Shown: in pieces, positions 1-12,512 of the stretch
Position numbering within the stretch: position 1 is the stretch's first letter
Layout: each line of letters begins with the position of its first letter
DNA from: Epiperipatus broadwayi
Lineage: Eukaryota; Animalia; Onychophora
Reading direction: 5' to 3'
Length of the DNA stretch: 64,000 nucleotides
NCBI GenBank assembly: GCA_028023455.1
Contig: JAQFVV010000005.1
Span: 12,772,001-12,836,000, forward strand
Notes under the pieces: model-generated
The model's input: the letters and a program-made list of their open reading frames with translations, nothing else
What the model was told of the DNA's origin: nothing
The model's database searches: none
Translations under genes and position numbers: made by a program

Positions 1-1281
1 GTATTTATATTCACATTTTCTCCTTTTTATCGATTTTGATCCTATTATCCATTTATCCCAATTTCCAAAATCCCACTTGACTTGAAAATGTTTATATTTA
101 TTCATCTCATTTTCTAAAAACATACCATTAAAAATTCTTCATTTGACAATCTAACAAACATAAATTACACTGTCAACCACTTTGTCACTTTTTCTTTCCA
201 CGCTATTTGGTATCTCCAAAATAGTATCTACTGCTGACCATATGTTTACTTCATTTTGTATTTTCCAATTTCTCTAAGTCTTTCTCATAAGATCCTTTAC
301 CTTTTTGATCAAACATTATTTTATTATTACAAATTAAGCCTATAATAGCATCTTTTCCATAAAATTTGATATTTTCCATACCAATTACTAAAAATTATTG
401 CATACTTCTTGATTCTAATTTTTTTTTTTAATTATTTTCTTCTGTTTATTTCATTTACTCAAAAATTCTCTCCCCTTCACTTACTTTTAAATAAATAAGT
501 TTACTTTCAGTCATTAAATTTAAATCTCCCAACATCCAACTCTCATTTAGTTTCTTTCATAATTTATCAAAAATATTTTGAACTTAGTGTTTAGTAATTC
601 AACATACCTTTCTCCTACAAATCTTGTACCTATTTCTCAAAACATATTCATATATCACAAAGAAATATCATTAATATATCTAAGGGTTTTCAAAAAAATA
701 ATTCTTACAAATATTTTTTAACACCCTCTATCTACCAGGTGGAATTTAGTCTTTAAATTCTGGATAAAAAATTACTGTATTTCACTCACTTCACTTTTTT
801 TTATTTTCATAAATGAAGAAATCTAACTCATAAAGACTTATTACACACATTTTTATATCCTAGTTAAAGACATATATGCACATATATTTTCTTTAAATTT
901 CTTCATAACTTTTTGCCTTATCAATTTATTGTATGCTTTGTTCTATGTCTAAAAAAGTTATCATCCACTTCTATACAATTTATAGAACATTTCTATTATT
1001 TAGATCAAATCAAATATGTTACTTCATAATATATCACTTCTATAACATTCTTCATTTCTCTCATCATTATTTACCATCTAGTACATAAATCTGTAGCACA
1101 TGTAATGTGATATTGAAGCGGAAAACTCTTGTGTGAAGCATTAAACAATCATCTGTGTATCGGAGACACCACATTTATATTTGTTTGTAATGTAAACACT
1201 GATTATATTAGTCTATGATACATCTTTAAAAGTTCTTGAAAATGTAGATTCTTACTGTTACTAATAGCATAAAAATCTTAC

Positions 1282-1398
1282 GTAAGCATTCCTCTCCTGG
1301 AATACTGAATCTATAACCTTCTTCACAATGACACAATGGCTCATTGGAAGTGATGTCACAAACTTCATGCTTATTGCAGTGGGTTGTTTCACATAAAC
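1282..1398 (-). CDS. EGF-like exon (last in window)
   Basis: Acceptor ttaattatag, donor gtaagat, 117 nt; SLCETTHCNKHEVCDITSNEPLCHCEEGYRFSIPGEECL (inside ORF 1226..1429). Confidence 0.88.
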
Positions 1399-2381
1399 CT
1401 ATAATTAATTTAAAAAAAGATGTAAACACAAAAAAATCATCAAATTTTTAAAGAAATATGGTACAGAGTGATTTTAAACTAGATAAAAAACATTTCTTGA
1501 TATTCTAATAAAATTCTAGTTTTTTTCATAAAAAAAAAAAAACAACAGAAATATATGTGACATTCAAATTTAACAATAAAAATTATAAATTTAGAATTTA
1601 TATGAATGGTCCTAAAATAAGACTTCATATTACTTCAGAGCCATCTATTGCAAGCTTGAGTAATCAATAGACATTAGATAGAAGTGTTATTATATCTATA
1701 CCCCAAAACTAAAACAAAATGCTAATGGCTTTATTGCTTGGAAGTTCATAAAAAATTTGAGCACCAGAACTGTGAGCACCAACCATATCAAACTGTGCAG
1801 GGTTCCCCAAACTATTTTTTGATTTATAAAATTTTATTAGTGAGGACATTAAATTTGAAGTTGGAACTAATACATTTACACAACAATCTGCTATTTTTAT
1901 TTTCCTTATATTATCAAGATATTAGCTGGAAATTTAAAAAACCTCTAAGATTTTGAATCCAAGCCAATTTGTTTGTATAATATATAGATCTGATACTAGA
2001 CCAGTAACTATATAATTTAGAAACCTGTCTTATGTGTATCTTTCATCCTTTGGTTAGGATGGTGCTATGTGTAAACTGAAAAAGTTACACAATATTTTTT
2101 ATGCATGACTATCTTCAAGCATAAATAATTAAATAAACAATAAATATCCTACCAATTTAATTAATATAAATAAACATTACCAACACACTCTATATCTAAA
2201 TTTCCAAAAATAGCTAAGCATTTTGACCAGCCAACAGCCTTTCTAAAACTTCTTTCCATTACTTAAAAAATGCCTAACTTAAATAGAAAAATATAAAACA
2301 AAAGATAAGTTCCACAACTTTATTTTATATATTGGCAGACTTTTTTATTTATTTCAGTCTTTTACCTCTAAAATATATATT

Positions 2382-2570
2382 GAAATGATTATAGTTTTGT
2401 TAAAATGCTATCTTAAAAGTAAAGATCGTTACATAAAATATATATATTAAAATGATTGAAGTTTAGTTAAAATGTTGCATTAAAAGTAAAGATCGTCCGT
2501 GAAATAAATATGGAAATGATTGTACTTTATTTAAAATGTAATAAAGATCATTACTAAATGGAAAATATCC
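2382..2570. repeat. Three diverged ~65-bp tandem units
   Basis: Recurrent aaatgatt...ttaaaatg...taaagatc blocks. Confidence 0.6.
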
Positions 2571-4450
2571 ATTAACAAAAGGAATTTAATTAATGAGGAC
2601 TATAATTAATTTTACAAAGTTGAAATGGAATTAACTGGATTGAGAATAAACTCACCACCTGGATCCTTCCTACTGACTGAAATACTTCACAAATAACAAA
2701 AGAAGTGAAAAGTATAAAAGCTGAGGCAGAGCAAAAAATGCTCTCTTTTTCTGTTTGAAAACCAGTAGAAGTGCAGTGAACAAAAATCGGTGGGACACAT
2801 CTTTTCCCAGGATCTCGGCTCCTGTAGGTCACAAAGCCAGCTAAGGACTTGAAACAGATTGCCCAATTTGATTATGGTATAATATGCATCAAGAGCCACA
2901 AAGATTAAGATAGTAAAAATCTAATTTCTATTATGCTGTGTATCTAGTATAGTACGTATATAATACTACAGTAATTCAATAAATACTGTTGGTTGAAGTA
3001 ACTCTAATTGTGTGTATATAATGCTAGAATGTAATTAGATGAGTGCTATTCACTGTTATCAGACTTATGTAAATATTCTATAATAAAATAGCGTAATTAT
3101 AATCATTTTGAATCTCTGGTTTATTGTGTCCATTATTCTATTGAAAATTAGTTGCATTCTTACTCCTAAATAAAATAGGTTTTCCTATAAGAGAATTAGA
3201 AGAATATTGTAACCACCTCATAACTTTCGAATGTTTTATTTATAAAAATCTAATGAATTAATCACTGATCTATATTGTAATAGTTCATCATAAGTATAAC
3301 AAACACTTTTCTGTGATGACATTGTGCTCAGAAGATTAAATCCAGATTAATTACTTCAAAAACATTTTTTATTTCTTTTTTTTTATCTCCAATTTAAATT
3401 AGTCTTAAGTACCACTTAGTTTATAGAAAGAATACTTCTGGATGAATTATTCTTTCTCATCATCATCACCTCGATGTATGTTTGTTACCCTGAAATGTTC
3501 TTCAGGGAATTGCATGACTTCTCAAATTTAGTAGTATGTTTGGAATGACTGCAAACAACAAAATAATTATATTTGATAACAAAGTAACATAATATTTATT
3601 TTTAATAAATAAAATATTGTGGCTTACATATTTCCAACTACCCTAAAATCATTAAGCAAACAAAGTACAAAAGGAAATTAACAAATATTCATAAATCTTA
3701 AATTTAAATGCAAATCCCTAATAATAATAAGACTTTATATTTGAATATAAAAAAATCCTAGTCATGTAATAACTGTTTTTATCATGTTTTTCTTGGTATA
3801 ATAATCTTTATAGAGTCAGTTTTTCTTTATTCCACTTTTGGAGTCAATGATTAGTAATAAAGGGAATAAGGTTCACTACAGGCAAGTACATGATATGTCT
3901 TATGGCAGTATCCTCTTTTTTTGTTATAGCATAGTTTTGTTTTTGGAAACCGGTGAAGTTGTATCCTATGTATGGTCTTATATCTGGTTAAAACTACATA
4001 ATTCCAGGTATTCAACTGATGTGCCTCTGGTTCTTTAACCACACATAACAAAGTTACCTGGGCAGCAAATATTGTCATATTATTGAGTTAGGTGTAGTAT
4101 TGAAAAATACCTTTTAAACAGTCAGGAAAGCAATAATATTCTATCACAGAGATTTTGTAGAAAAAGTATTTTAAATAGCAGTCTCCTTTTCTACTAGAGA
4201 TAAAGTTACAGAAGTTGCCATATTGGACCTACTTCCTGGCTGATTATAGTCCTTCAGCTTTTTGCTCTTCTCCTGGAATCAGACTGCATTATTGCCTTCC
4301 TTGATTCAAAGCAAAAAGTACTTTTGTTTACAGATATATTCATACTTTTGTCATATAGCAAGAACACCATATTCCATCATTCTAAACGTTTAATATTCAT
4401 TTCTTTTTTCTTGCTAAACATGTTTATTACACTAAACAAACTAATTAACT

Positions 4451-4622
4451 TTATACACACACACAAACTCTCCACATAGTAGCACCACCTAGTGCAAGCC
4501 AGAGTCATCAATAGATGTAGGAAGGTTTTTGCATAAAATCCTTATCTAGTGCCTATCATCCATTGATTACTCTGGCTTGCACTGAGTGGTGCTACTTATA
4601 GAGAGTTTTGCCTGTGTGTAAA
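4451..4622. mobile_element. Fold-back of Penelope pLTR-like family A (arms ~4451-4517 and ~4557-4622)
   Basis: Imperfect inverted arms; arm and spacer match the 23025-23474 element (cattgattactct, ttttgcctg, gcataaaatcc..atctagtgccta). Confidence 0.7.
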
Positions 4623-4653
4623 CAGCTTGTGTAAGCATAAAGAATAGTGTTCA

Positions 4654-4764
4654 TGTCAAGCATTGTTAGCTGAGAGGTCATCGCAGCAACCTTGCAAGCA
4701 AGTAGTTGGTTGCAGATGGTTGTGGGTTCGCGTCCCGGCAGATGCTATGACACATAAAAAAAAA
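4654..4764 (+). mobile_element. tRNA-derived SINE, family A copy 1
   Basis: A-box-like ttagctgagagg, B-box-like ggttcgcgtccc, A tail, TSD aaagaatagtgttcatgt (4639-4656, 4762-4779). Confidence 0.85.
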
Positions 4765-6822
4765 GAATAGTGTTCATGTGATAACTCTGTATTCATTTAT
4801 ATTGAAATGGTTTCCAAAACACCTTTATCTAAATTCCTAATATCAGATTTAATTATACAAAACATTTTTTTTTCGTATTCAGGTAATTATTTTACAAATA
4901 ATTATAAAATATCTTTCATTTAATTAATAATGGAAATAATGAGACAAAGGAAAAAAAAATATGAAATTCTTTTTCTAGCTTATCCAATTTTACTTCTATA
5001 TAATTCTCATTAAAGTATTTAGATTTGCTACCAAATTTACCAGAAGAAGAAGGCAATTTGTTTCATTATACCTTTTCCATATGGCAAATCTGAAAGATCA
5101 TAAAGTACAGTACAAAACTGCACATTTCATTTGCATGCATAACTATTTGCTTTTTTCTCCCCTTTATTACTTTGATTTTAATTTTATTATTTTTAATTTG
5201 ACAAACTATATATCTTTACATGAGACAAAGTATTTCATAGCTTTATTAAATCTATAAACCAATTTGTTTTTATTCCTTAAACTTATATAACTAAATGCTA
5301 CACTTTCATATCTAATATGGAAACCATTAAATTTACAAATCAATTTATTATATTATTTAATTAGGATGTCTTTAATAGTATGACAACAAGGCAGCTTTGT
5401 AATGCAAATGATGCTACTTGCAATCGAGTTGTACTATTATCTTATATAGCCAATACCTTTAATAGCAACTATTGTGAAATATGACAAAAGAAGGAAGTCA
5501 TGTTTAGGCAGCAAGCATTCCTTTGAAAATTTAGAAGACAGCTCTTGATAGAATGAAAAAAATAACTCAGTCGTGACTTGGAAAGACTAATCCTTAACAG
5601 TCACTATTGCATTTGTCGTGGAATGACATTCTTACATCTATTTTGTGATTTTGTCAGGAGGGGATTCTTTTTTTTTTATTATTTACTACATTTTAGTGGT
5701 AAAAAGAGAGACTTTGCAAGTCATCTGCTAGAATTACAGTAAAAAGTACGCTTAACAGAAATAATTTCAGTTTGTTTCCTTCAGTTCAATTCAACAATTC
5801 TGCCATCTGATATACTTGAATGATAATGCATAACTTTTAGGCTGGCACATTGATAATAATAATAATTAAATAGTTTAGTGGTCAGTAGTTTATAAGAACA
5901 TTAAGAACCAGATGTGACAGAATACTGAAAATAGGGCATTCATATCAAAATATTTTATTTATAATTTAATAGTTGACATCAAGAATTTAATTTTATTTAT
6001 AGTATATTTATTAAAATGCAATTATTTTTCACTTTTCTCTCAAGACTACCATTCTATCATTAACTGATCACTTAGGGACAGAGTGAAAAGATTTTCTACA
6101 AAAGCATATGTAAGCAGACATCTTGTGATATTTTTATTCCTTTTGGCCACAAGGTTGAAAACTGTCTACACTTTCTATAAAATATAGGACAATTAAAATA
6201 TGTAGTAACTGGTCTAGTATAAATCTCCATAACTATACAAGTAGATTGACTTATGCTTAAAATTTTATGGTGTTTTTGAATTCAGGTTCTTAGGTTGATA
6301 AGTAAAAAATGTAAAAGGTGATTGCAAAATGAAAAGTGTATTAGATTCAGAAAGCCCAAGTGTTTTAGGACCAGAATCTACATTAACAATGGTTATAAGC
6401 AAGAATACTAATCTGGAAGTGTGAGACAATAACATTAGAAGTGGATTAATAATCTTTTATGTAATATCTGTTGTTACTCAATCTTACAAGCTTTTGAAGT
6501 ATATGTAAGCAGTGATCATGTGATGATTATTGATTTATGTTGTGAATATATAACACATTATTGTGAAAATAACATAAGCTATTCATAATTGATTGAAGCT
6601 TACATGAGAGCTTTTATCTTCTCTCTTCAGTTATGATAAACGCTTTTATATTTGAAAAAGTGCAGAATTGATAAAATATTATTTAACAGATCACATTAAA
6701 TGGAATTTAGAAGAATTAATGTGATGATTGATTCTGATATTTACACTATTAATTTAAATCAAATCGGAACCCCATCCTCTCATGTTGTTTATAAGCATAC
6801 AGTGTTGTTTCTACAAACTTAC

Positions 6823-6936
6823 TTTTGCATTGTGTCTCTGGTGGGTTGCCAACAAAACCTGCTTTACAAAAACAGATGATTTTCCCCTCCTCTACTGAAC
6901 ACAAGGTATTATGTGGGCAACTGTAAGGAGTGCATT
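6823..6936 (-). CDS. EGF-like exon
   Basis: Acceptor ttttttaatttcag, donor gtaagtt, 114 nt; KCTPYSCPHNTLCSVEEGKIICFCKAGFVGNPPETQCK. Confidence 0.9.
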
Positions 6937-7687
6937 CTGAAATTAAAAAAGAATTATGTAGTTCTTTTTTAAAACTGATAATACATATTTAATATATATT
7001 AAGATCTTATGATAGGAATTCTAACAAAGTTTTATATCAGAGATTTAATAATGTGCAACTGAACAGCTTTGGAATGCCATTATTATTTAATAAATATTTT
7101 TTTTGTATAAAGTAAACTTTGTTAACAGAAAATTATATACAAGCATTAACATACATATACATGAATAATTTTAAGTTACATAAAGTAAGATGCATTATAT
7201 ATAAAAACACAGGCAATATAATTGGTGCTTCAAGACAGATGAACAATGATTTGAATTTAAAGAAAATATCTTATGTAGATGGGTGTGTATTTTATTTGCA
7301 ATTTATACACTTTATATATAACTGCATTGAAGGATAAGTTTGCTTTGGATACTAACATTGTGAATTAATGCTGATATAATAATACAGAACTCAGAACAAT
7401 ATTATATTGCCATGAAGCTAGTGTACTGCACTGAAAATGTACTTGTATTAATATATTATATTTTCTCTGATTTGTACATTGACATAATGTGTTTGTTGTA
7501 TATATATATATATATAAAATTAAGAGCATGCTTATGAACTCTAAACAAGCTTTTTTTATTATTATTATGATAAATACTATTACAAGAGAAGGCATTCAAA
7601 CCATCTTATCTTGGATTATCCCCATCCCCAGACCAGTTTTGACCTATGGGTCTCTTCAATAAGGAGTTAGGACATCTGACTTTTTAT

Positions 7688-7718
<31 letters not shown>

Positions 7719-8235
7719 TCTTAGAGATTTTACAACAAAGAAATATATATTCTTAGAGATTTTACAACAAAGAAAGTGAATATATCTTTTTATATTGACA
7801 GTTACTGAAGTCTTATCTGTGATGGATTACCTGTAGATGGCCAAAGTTGTCATAATCAATTTTACTTTAATTGCTCTTCAATATCAATTTAAGCTTATAA
7901 CATACAATGAACAAGAAAAGATTCATGGTGGTGTAACATGTGTAAGAATCATCAGCTAATGATGTAGACACAGATTATTATGACATTAATTTAAAATTGT
8001 GAAAAAAAAAAATTTATTACCAATGATTTTGAATACGATGAATGATTCAAAGCAGTATATAAAATATCTGAAAATACTAAGGCCATTTCAGAAGAAAATA
8101 AATGACAAATTTCACATGTAGCTGAAAGGGTTGATTATTATGAGGATATAGTTAGTTTGTTGGAAAATCAGATTTAGAGATACATGGATTTAAAAATGAT
8201 GTTGAAATTCAAGGTGTCTCATATTAAATAAGTGA

Positions 8236-8640
8236 ATGTTTACCTGCATTAATATTTATTACATTCAAAAATTAGACTTGCATGATAAATTATTACATGA
8301 TATTGATATTATATATCAAATGAAACAACATGGTGATCACCCAGGTATTACAGTTATAGGATTTGTGACAAAATTTGACAAAATCATTACTTCAAAACAT
8401 TTATCTAAATTATTCGTGGAAGATATAGGTAATTTGGAAGGAGAATTTCAAATATACATTAGTCAAAGACTTATTATATGTAAAAGAAAACTATTACAGA
8501 CAGATAAGAAAAATTTAGAGACTCTGACTAGTTTATTAATTTATTGATAGAAGAACTTTTTGTTGGACACAAAATACTTTGCCTATATTAATTAGATCAG
8601 GAAAGGATCTTCAATCTTTGTGACTTGTGGGAAAGGATTT
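8236..8640 (+). mobile_element. Possible degenerate Gypsy pol remnant
   Basis: ORF 8236..8547 has LFVEDIGNLEGEFQIYI, resembling a protease-RT linker; weak. Confidence 0.3.
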
Positions 8641-9131
8641 GATAATTTAAAATTCCATGGGTCATCAAAATTGAAATGTTTGATGTTATTAACTGTGAGA
8701 TTATTGAGTAAACCATTTATTCTACAGACATTATCACTTTCTGAACACAGTTCTTATTGTCAGGAAAGCTGCAACATATGTAAATAAAAATATAAAACTA
8801 TTTATATATAGTTGCTATATATGTTATAGCTTTTCTGATATGCAATAAGAATTGTGTGCAGAAAGCAATAATTTAAAAATTTTATTTAAACTTTCTAATT
8901 AGCTTTCAATATCATACGTAAATATTTATTATGTGTAATTATAATTTTTCCTTATCAATAAATATTATTATATACATTTAATATTGTAATGAAAATGTGA
9001 TGGATTCTTTCTCCAAGTTGCCTGCAGTAGCATCTCTGAATCGATGCATATATTACATAGTGACATAGTTTAGCTAATCTCTAAAAATCTTAAGATGCTA
9101 ATACATCTGGATCTAAGTTGTTGTTTTTTTT

Positions 9132-9239
9132 ATATGTCATAGCATCTGCCGGGAGGCGAACCTGCAACAACCATCTGAAACCAACTGCTTGCTTGCAAGG
9201 CTGCTGTGCTGACCTCTCGGCTAACAATGCTTGACATCT
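9132..9239 (-). mobile_element. tRNA-derived SINE, family A copy 2
   Basis: Reverse complement of the 4654 element; T-run tail on the left; TSD acatctggatc on both sides. Confidence 0.85.
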
Positions 9240-9699
9240 GGATCATGTTATGACATAAAATGAGACAGTATGCTTTTTATCTTCATAGCTCATATTCAAT
9301 TCTCTTCCTACCATCATGAAATCTTATAAACTATTGGAAAACTTTCTTGTGACTCATGGCTTCACTGACATGACATAATTTAAAATATTTCAAATGCTAC
9401 AGTGACAGTTTTTCTCACTTTAAAACAAAATTTAATATTAGCATGTTGTTCCATTGTGAGTTAAGATATAAAATACCATATCATATTTCATATACTAATT
9501 TGTACCAAACATGCTGCTAATGCTTTAAAATAATTGTGGTGAATAGCTAAACTATATATTGCTAAGTAAAAATGAGAGATAGTACTATAGAAAGATTGGA
9601 GAGAGAACCAGTCACGTTTTCATTGAGACAGATCACACACACACACATATATATATAAACATTAAAAGCCTAAAGTTAAACTAATCAATAAAATAATCA

Positions 9700-10250
9700 A
9701 ACACCCCAAATTCATATCTGACCCAGACTAGTCTACAACCTATGGTTTCACTGCTACAAGAAGACTTCTCATGTGTAAAGGTCTAAAAGATAATAAATTT
9801 ATACTAAACATTACCCACAATTCCATTTACACCCCATACATCCTTAATGTTAAAAGAACTTTTAAATAAGTTAATTGCTTCAGAATCATAACTGTTTTTA
9901 ATAATAAAGATTCTTTAATTCTTTTTATTTCATTTCTTTCAAAGAAGACACACTATTAGTTTTGATGAGGCTAAGGTTGTCTTTTTTGAAAGAAATGAAA
10001 TAAAAAGTAAAATTAAAAAATCTTTATTATTAAATATGTATGATTCTGGAGCAATTAACTTATTTAAAAGGTTTTTAATATTAAGATTGTATAGGATTTA
10101 AGTGGAATTGTGGGTAATTTTTAATATAAATTTGTTGTTATCTTTTAGTCCTTTGTACCTGAGAAGTCTGCTTGTAGCAATGAAACTATTGTTTGTGTTT
10201 TAGAATTTATTTTCTTTGGCTAGTCTGGATTATTTGTGAATTTGGGGAAA
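9700..10250 (+). mobile_element. Penelope-like remnant: GIY-YIG C-terminal fragment between inverted pLTR pieces
   Basis: ~9950-10070 reads HTISFDEAKVVFFERNEIKSKIKKSLLL; ~9700-9805 is an inverted homologue of ~10125-10250, which has a decayed hammerhead-like ctgagaag...gaaac. Confidence 0.65.
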
Positions 10251-11099
10251 GTCTGATATATATATATATATCAGTGAAAAAACAAAAGTAAATACTGTTC
10301 TAACAAAACATTAAAAGCCATATAACAAGCCTATTGTTGATTCTTCTTAATAATTATAATAAATAATGAGTATGAATCCAGTAACACAGAGCACTTTTAA
10401 AATCAATGAAAAAAATATTGTATGCTGAAAACAATATCTATATAATGAGAGATAAAAAAGCCTTTAAATAGATCATTGCAAGTCAAAGATCTCTCTAACA
10501 ACCAATCAAAAATGAACAATGAAAGATAAGTCAGTCTGCAGTAGCCTTGAATATAATTGGGTGGCAAAATTTTTAATTGTTCTTCAATCTTGTTTTACGT
10601 TCTAATTAAAATTAGTTGAGAACACATTTACTGATTAGTACTATAATTTATTCTGCCCAAATTTAAATGCATATTGCTGGCATATGATAGAAAATAAAAT
10701 GTAGAATCTTCTATTTAAGCTAATACAGCAGATGTTAACATTAGATTACAAAGTGGAATAATAGACTTCAAATACAAATTACATAAAAACTACAATACTC
10801 TTTATTTTAAAGCATTGTAAAAGTAATAAAGAACATTAATGGTATTAGTATTATATATTAAAAACTACAACAAAGAGCAGAGATTAAGGTAGTTATTCAC
10901 AATATCATTAGAAGTAATACTTCATATAACATAAACTCTATACAACATCAAGTAAGTAATATAATGGTTGGTTGTTCAGGATGTCATGTGTCAGAATGAA
11001 ATGAAATCAAAGAACTTGAGCTTTTAGTCTGTCACTATACTACTGCATCAAATTTCACAGCACTATAATGTTAAGTAATTGATTCATTTCAAAAATTAC

Positions 11100-11600
11100 T
11101 TAATTGTTTCAGAGTGTTTGTACTAGATGATGCTACTGAAACAGAAGTTAATAGATAAGGAAAGTAGTTTATTATTTAAGGCTCAAATGGGATCTTTAGC
11201 AACAAGAGAATATACATGTAAATGGAAAAACATGAATAATTTAATGTGCAGATTGTGTAAGGAAGGTATAGAAAATATTAGGCATCTGTTGATTGAATGT
11301 AAATGCTTAAAAGCAGAAAGGGTACAGATAATAAAATTATGGGAGGATAGACATGAACAAAGTGGCTATACAGAAAGTGAGTTATTATATTGGGTTTGTG
11401 AAGAGATAAGGGGGATTTAGATATAAAGGCCATAGAGTTGACAAAGTTTATGTTGTGGAAATGGGATGGGGCAGAATATGGGAAGACTTAAGAGTGGGGA
11501 ATGGAGAATAAAATGGCTAACAGGTTTATCTGGGCATAATTGCTGAGATATTCTTGACTTCGTTTAAGGAGAAGCCAAATACATCACATCAGATCGAAAT
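11100..11600 (+). mobile_element. Non-LTR retrotransposon 3' fragment with C-terminal CCHC zinc knuckle
   Basis: ORF 11127..11420: LLFKAQMGSL...CRLCKEGIENIRHLLIEC; downstream sequence recurs inverted at 22390-22750. Confidence 0.8.
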
Positions 11601-12512
11601 TTTATTTTTATGTATTTATATAAGAATAGATAAAATTGATTAGAGAAAAAGAAATAGAATTATGTATTATAAATAAAGATAGTTTGGGATTATATAAAAA
11701 TAAAATATATGTAAAATAAAAAAAGTTATATAATATCACTAGAGGGAACAAGAAGAGCTTTAAATATTATAAAAAGGAGACAAAAATACCAAAGAAAGAA
11801 AGTGAAAATGAAATCAGTATTTGAATTACATATATAGTTTGTGCAACAATAGAAGAGAAAGTATATAATTCTGACAAACTTGTAATGTTCAAGTTAATCT
11901 GAAAAGGTAAACTAGAAAATAAGTAATGCACTGAATCAACTTGTGGTAGATTGCTGCCAGAATCATAATGTTGAATAAGAGAAAATATATGTTTGGATTG
12001 GAGAGTGTTGAAAAATGGTCAGAATAAATTGTAGGAAATTAAAAAAAACATGCAAATAAAAACAATAAAAGTGATGAGTCTTTTGATTTTTCCTTTGATA
12101 TTTATAATTAGACTCAAAAATAACTATGGCAGATTATAAGAATTAATGGATAGATTTTATTAAAATGGATTTTAAAGAAGAATCAGTTCTGGAAGAGTAA
12201 TTTAATAATAATAAAAGAAATATATAAGTTTATAGTTATATATAAATGGATGTGTTAAACTTGGTTAATGGGATATTTGACACATGTTTATGCATAGAAA
12301 TTTTTAACTTCATCTTAAGACAATATTTTATATCAAAATGATAATTTCTTTTGACAAAGATCTCTTCATAGATTGACTGTTTAAATCAAATCCAGCAACA
12401 AAACATGTATGTAGTTTTAATAAACTTTTCCCATGGGATAACATCATTTTGATTAGCATTATAGCTGCAACCTATAGTACTGATTCATATATATATATAT
12501 ATATATATATAT

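Noticed and set aside
2590-2899. Overlapping minus-strand ORFs with a gtgagt donor near 2650
   Set aside because: No module-like cysteine spacing or convincing phase-1 exon; left uncalled.
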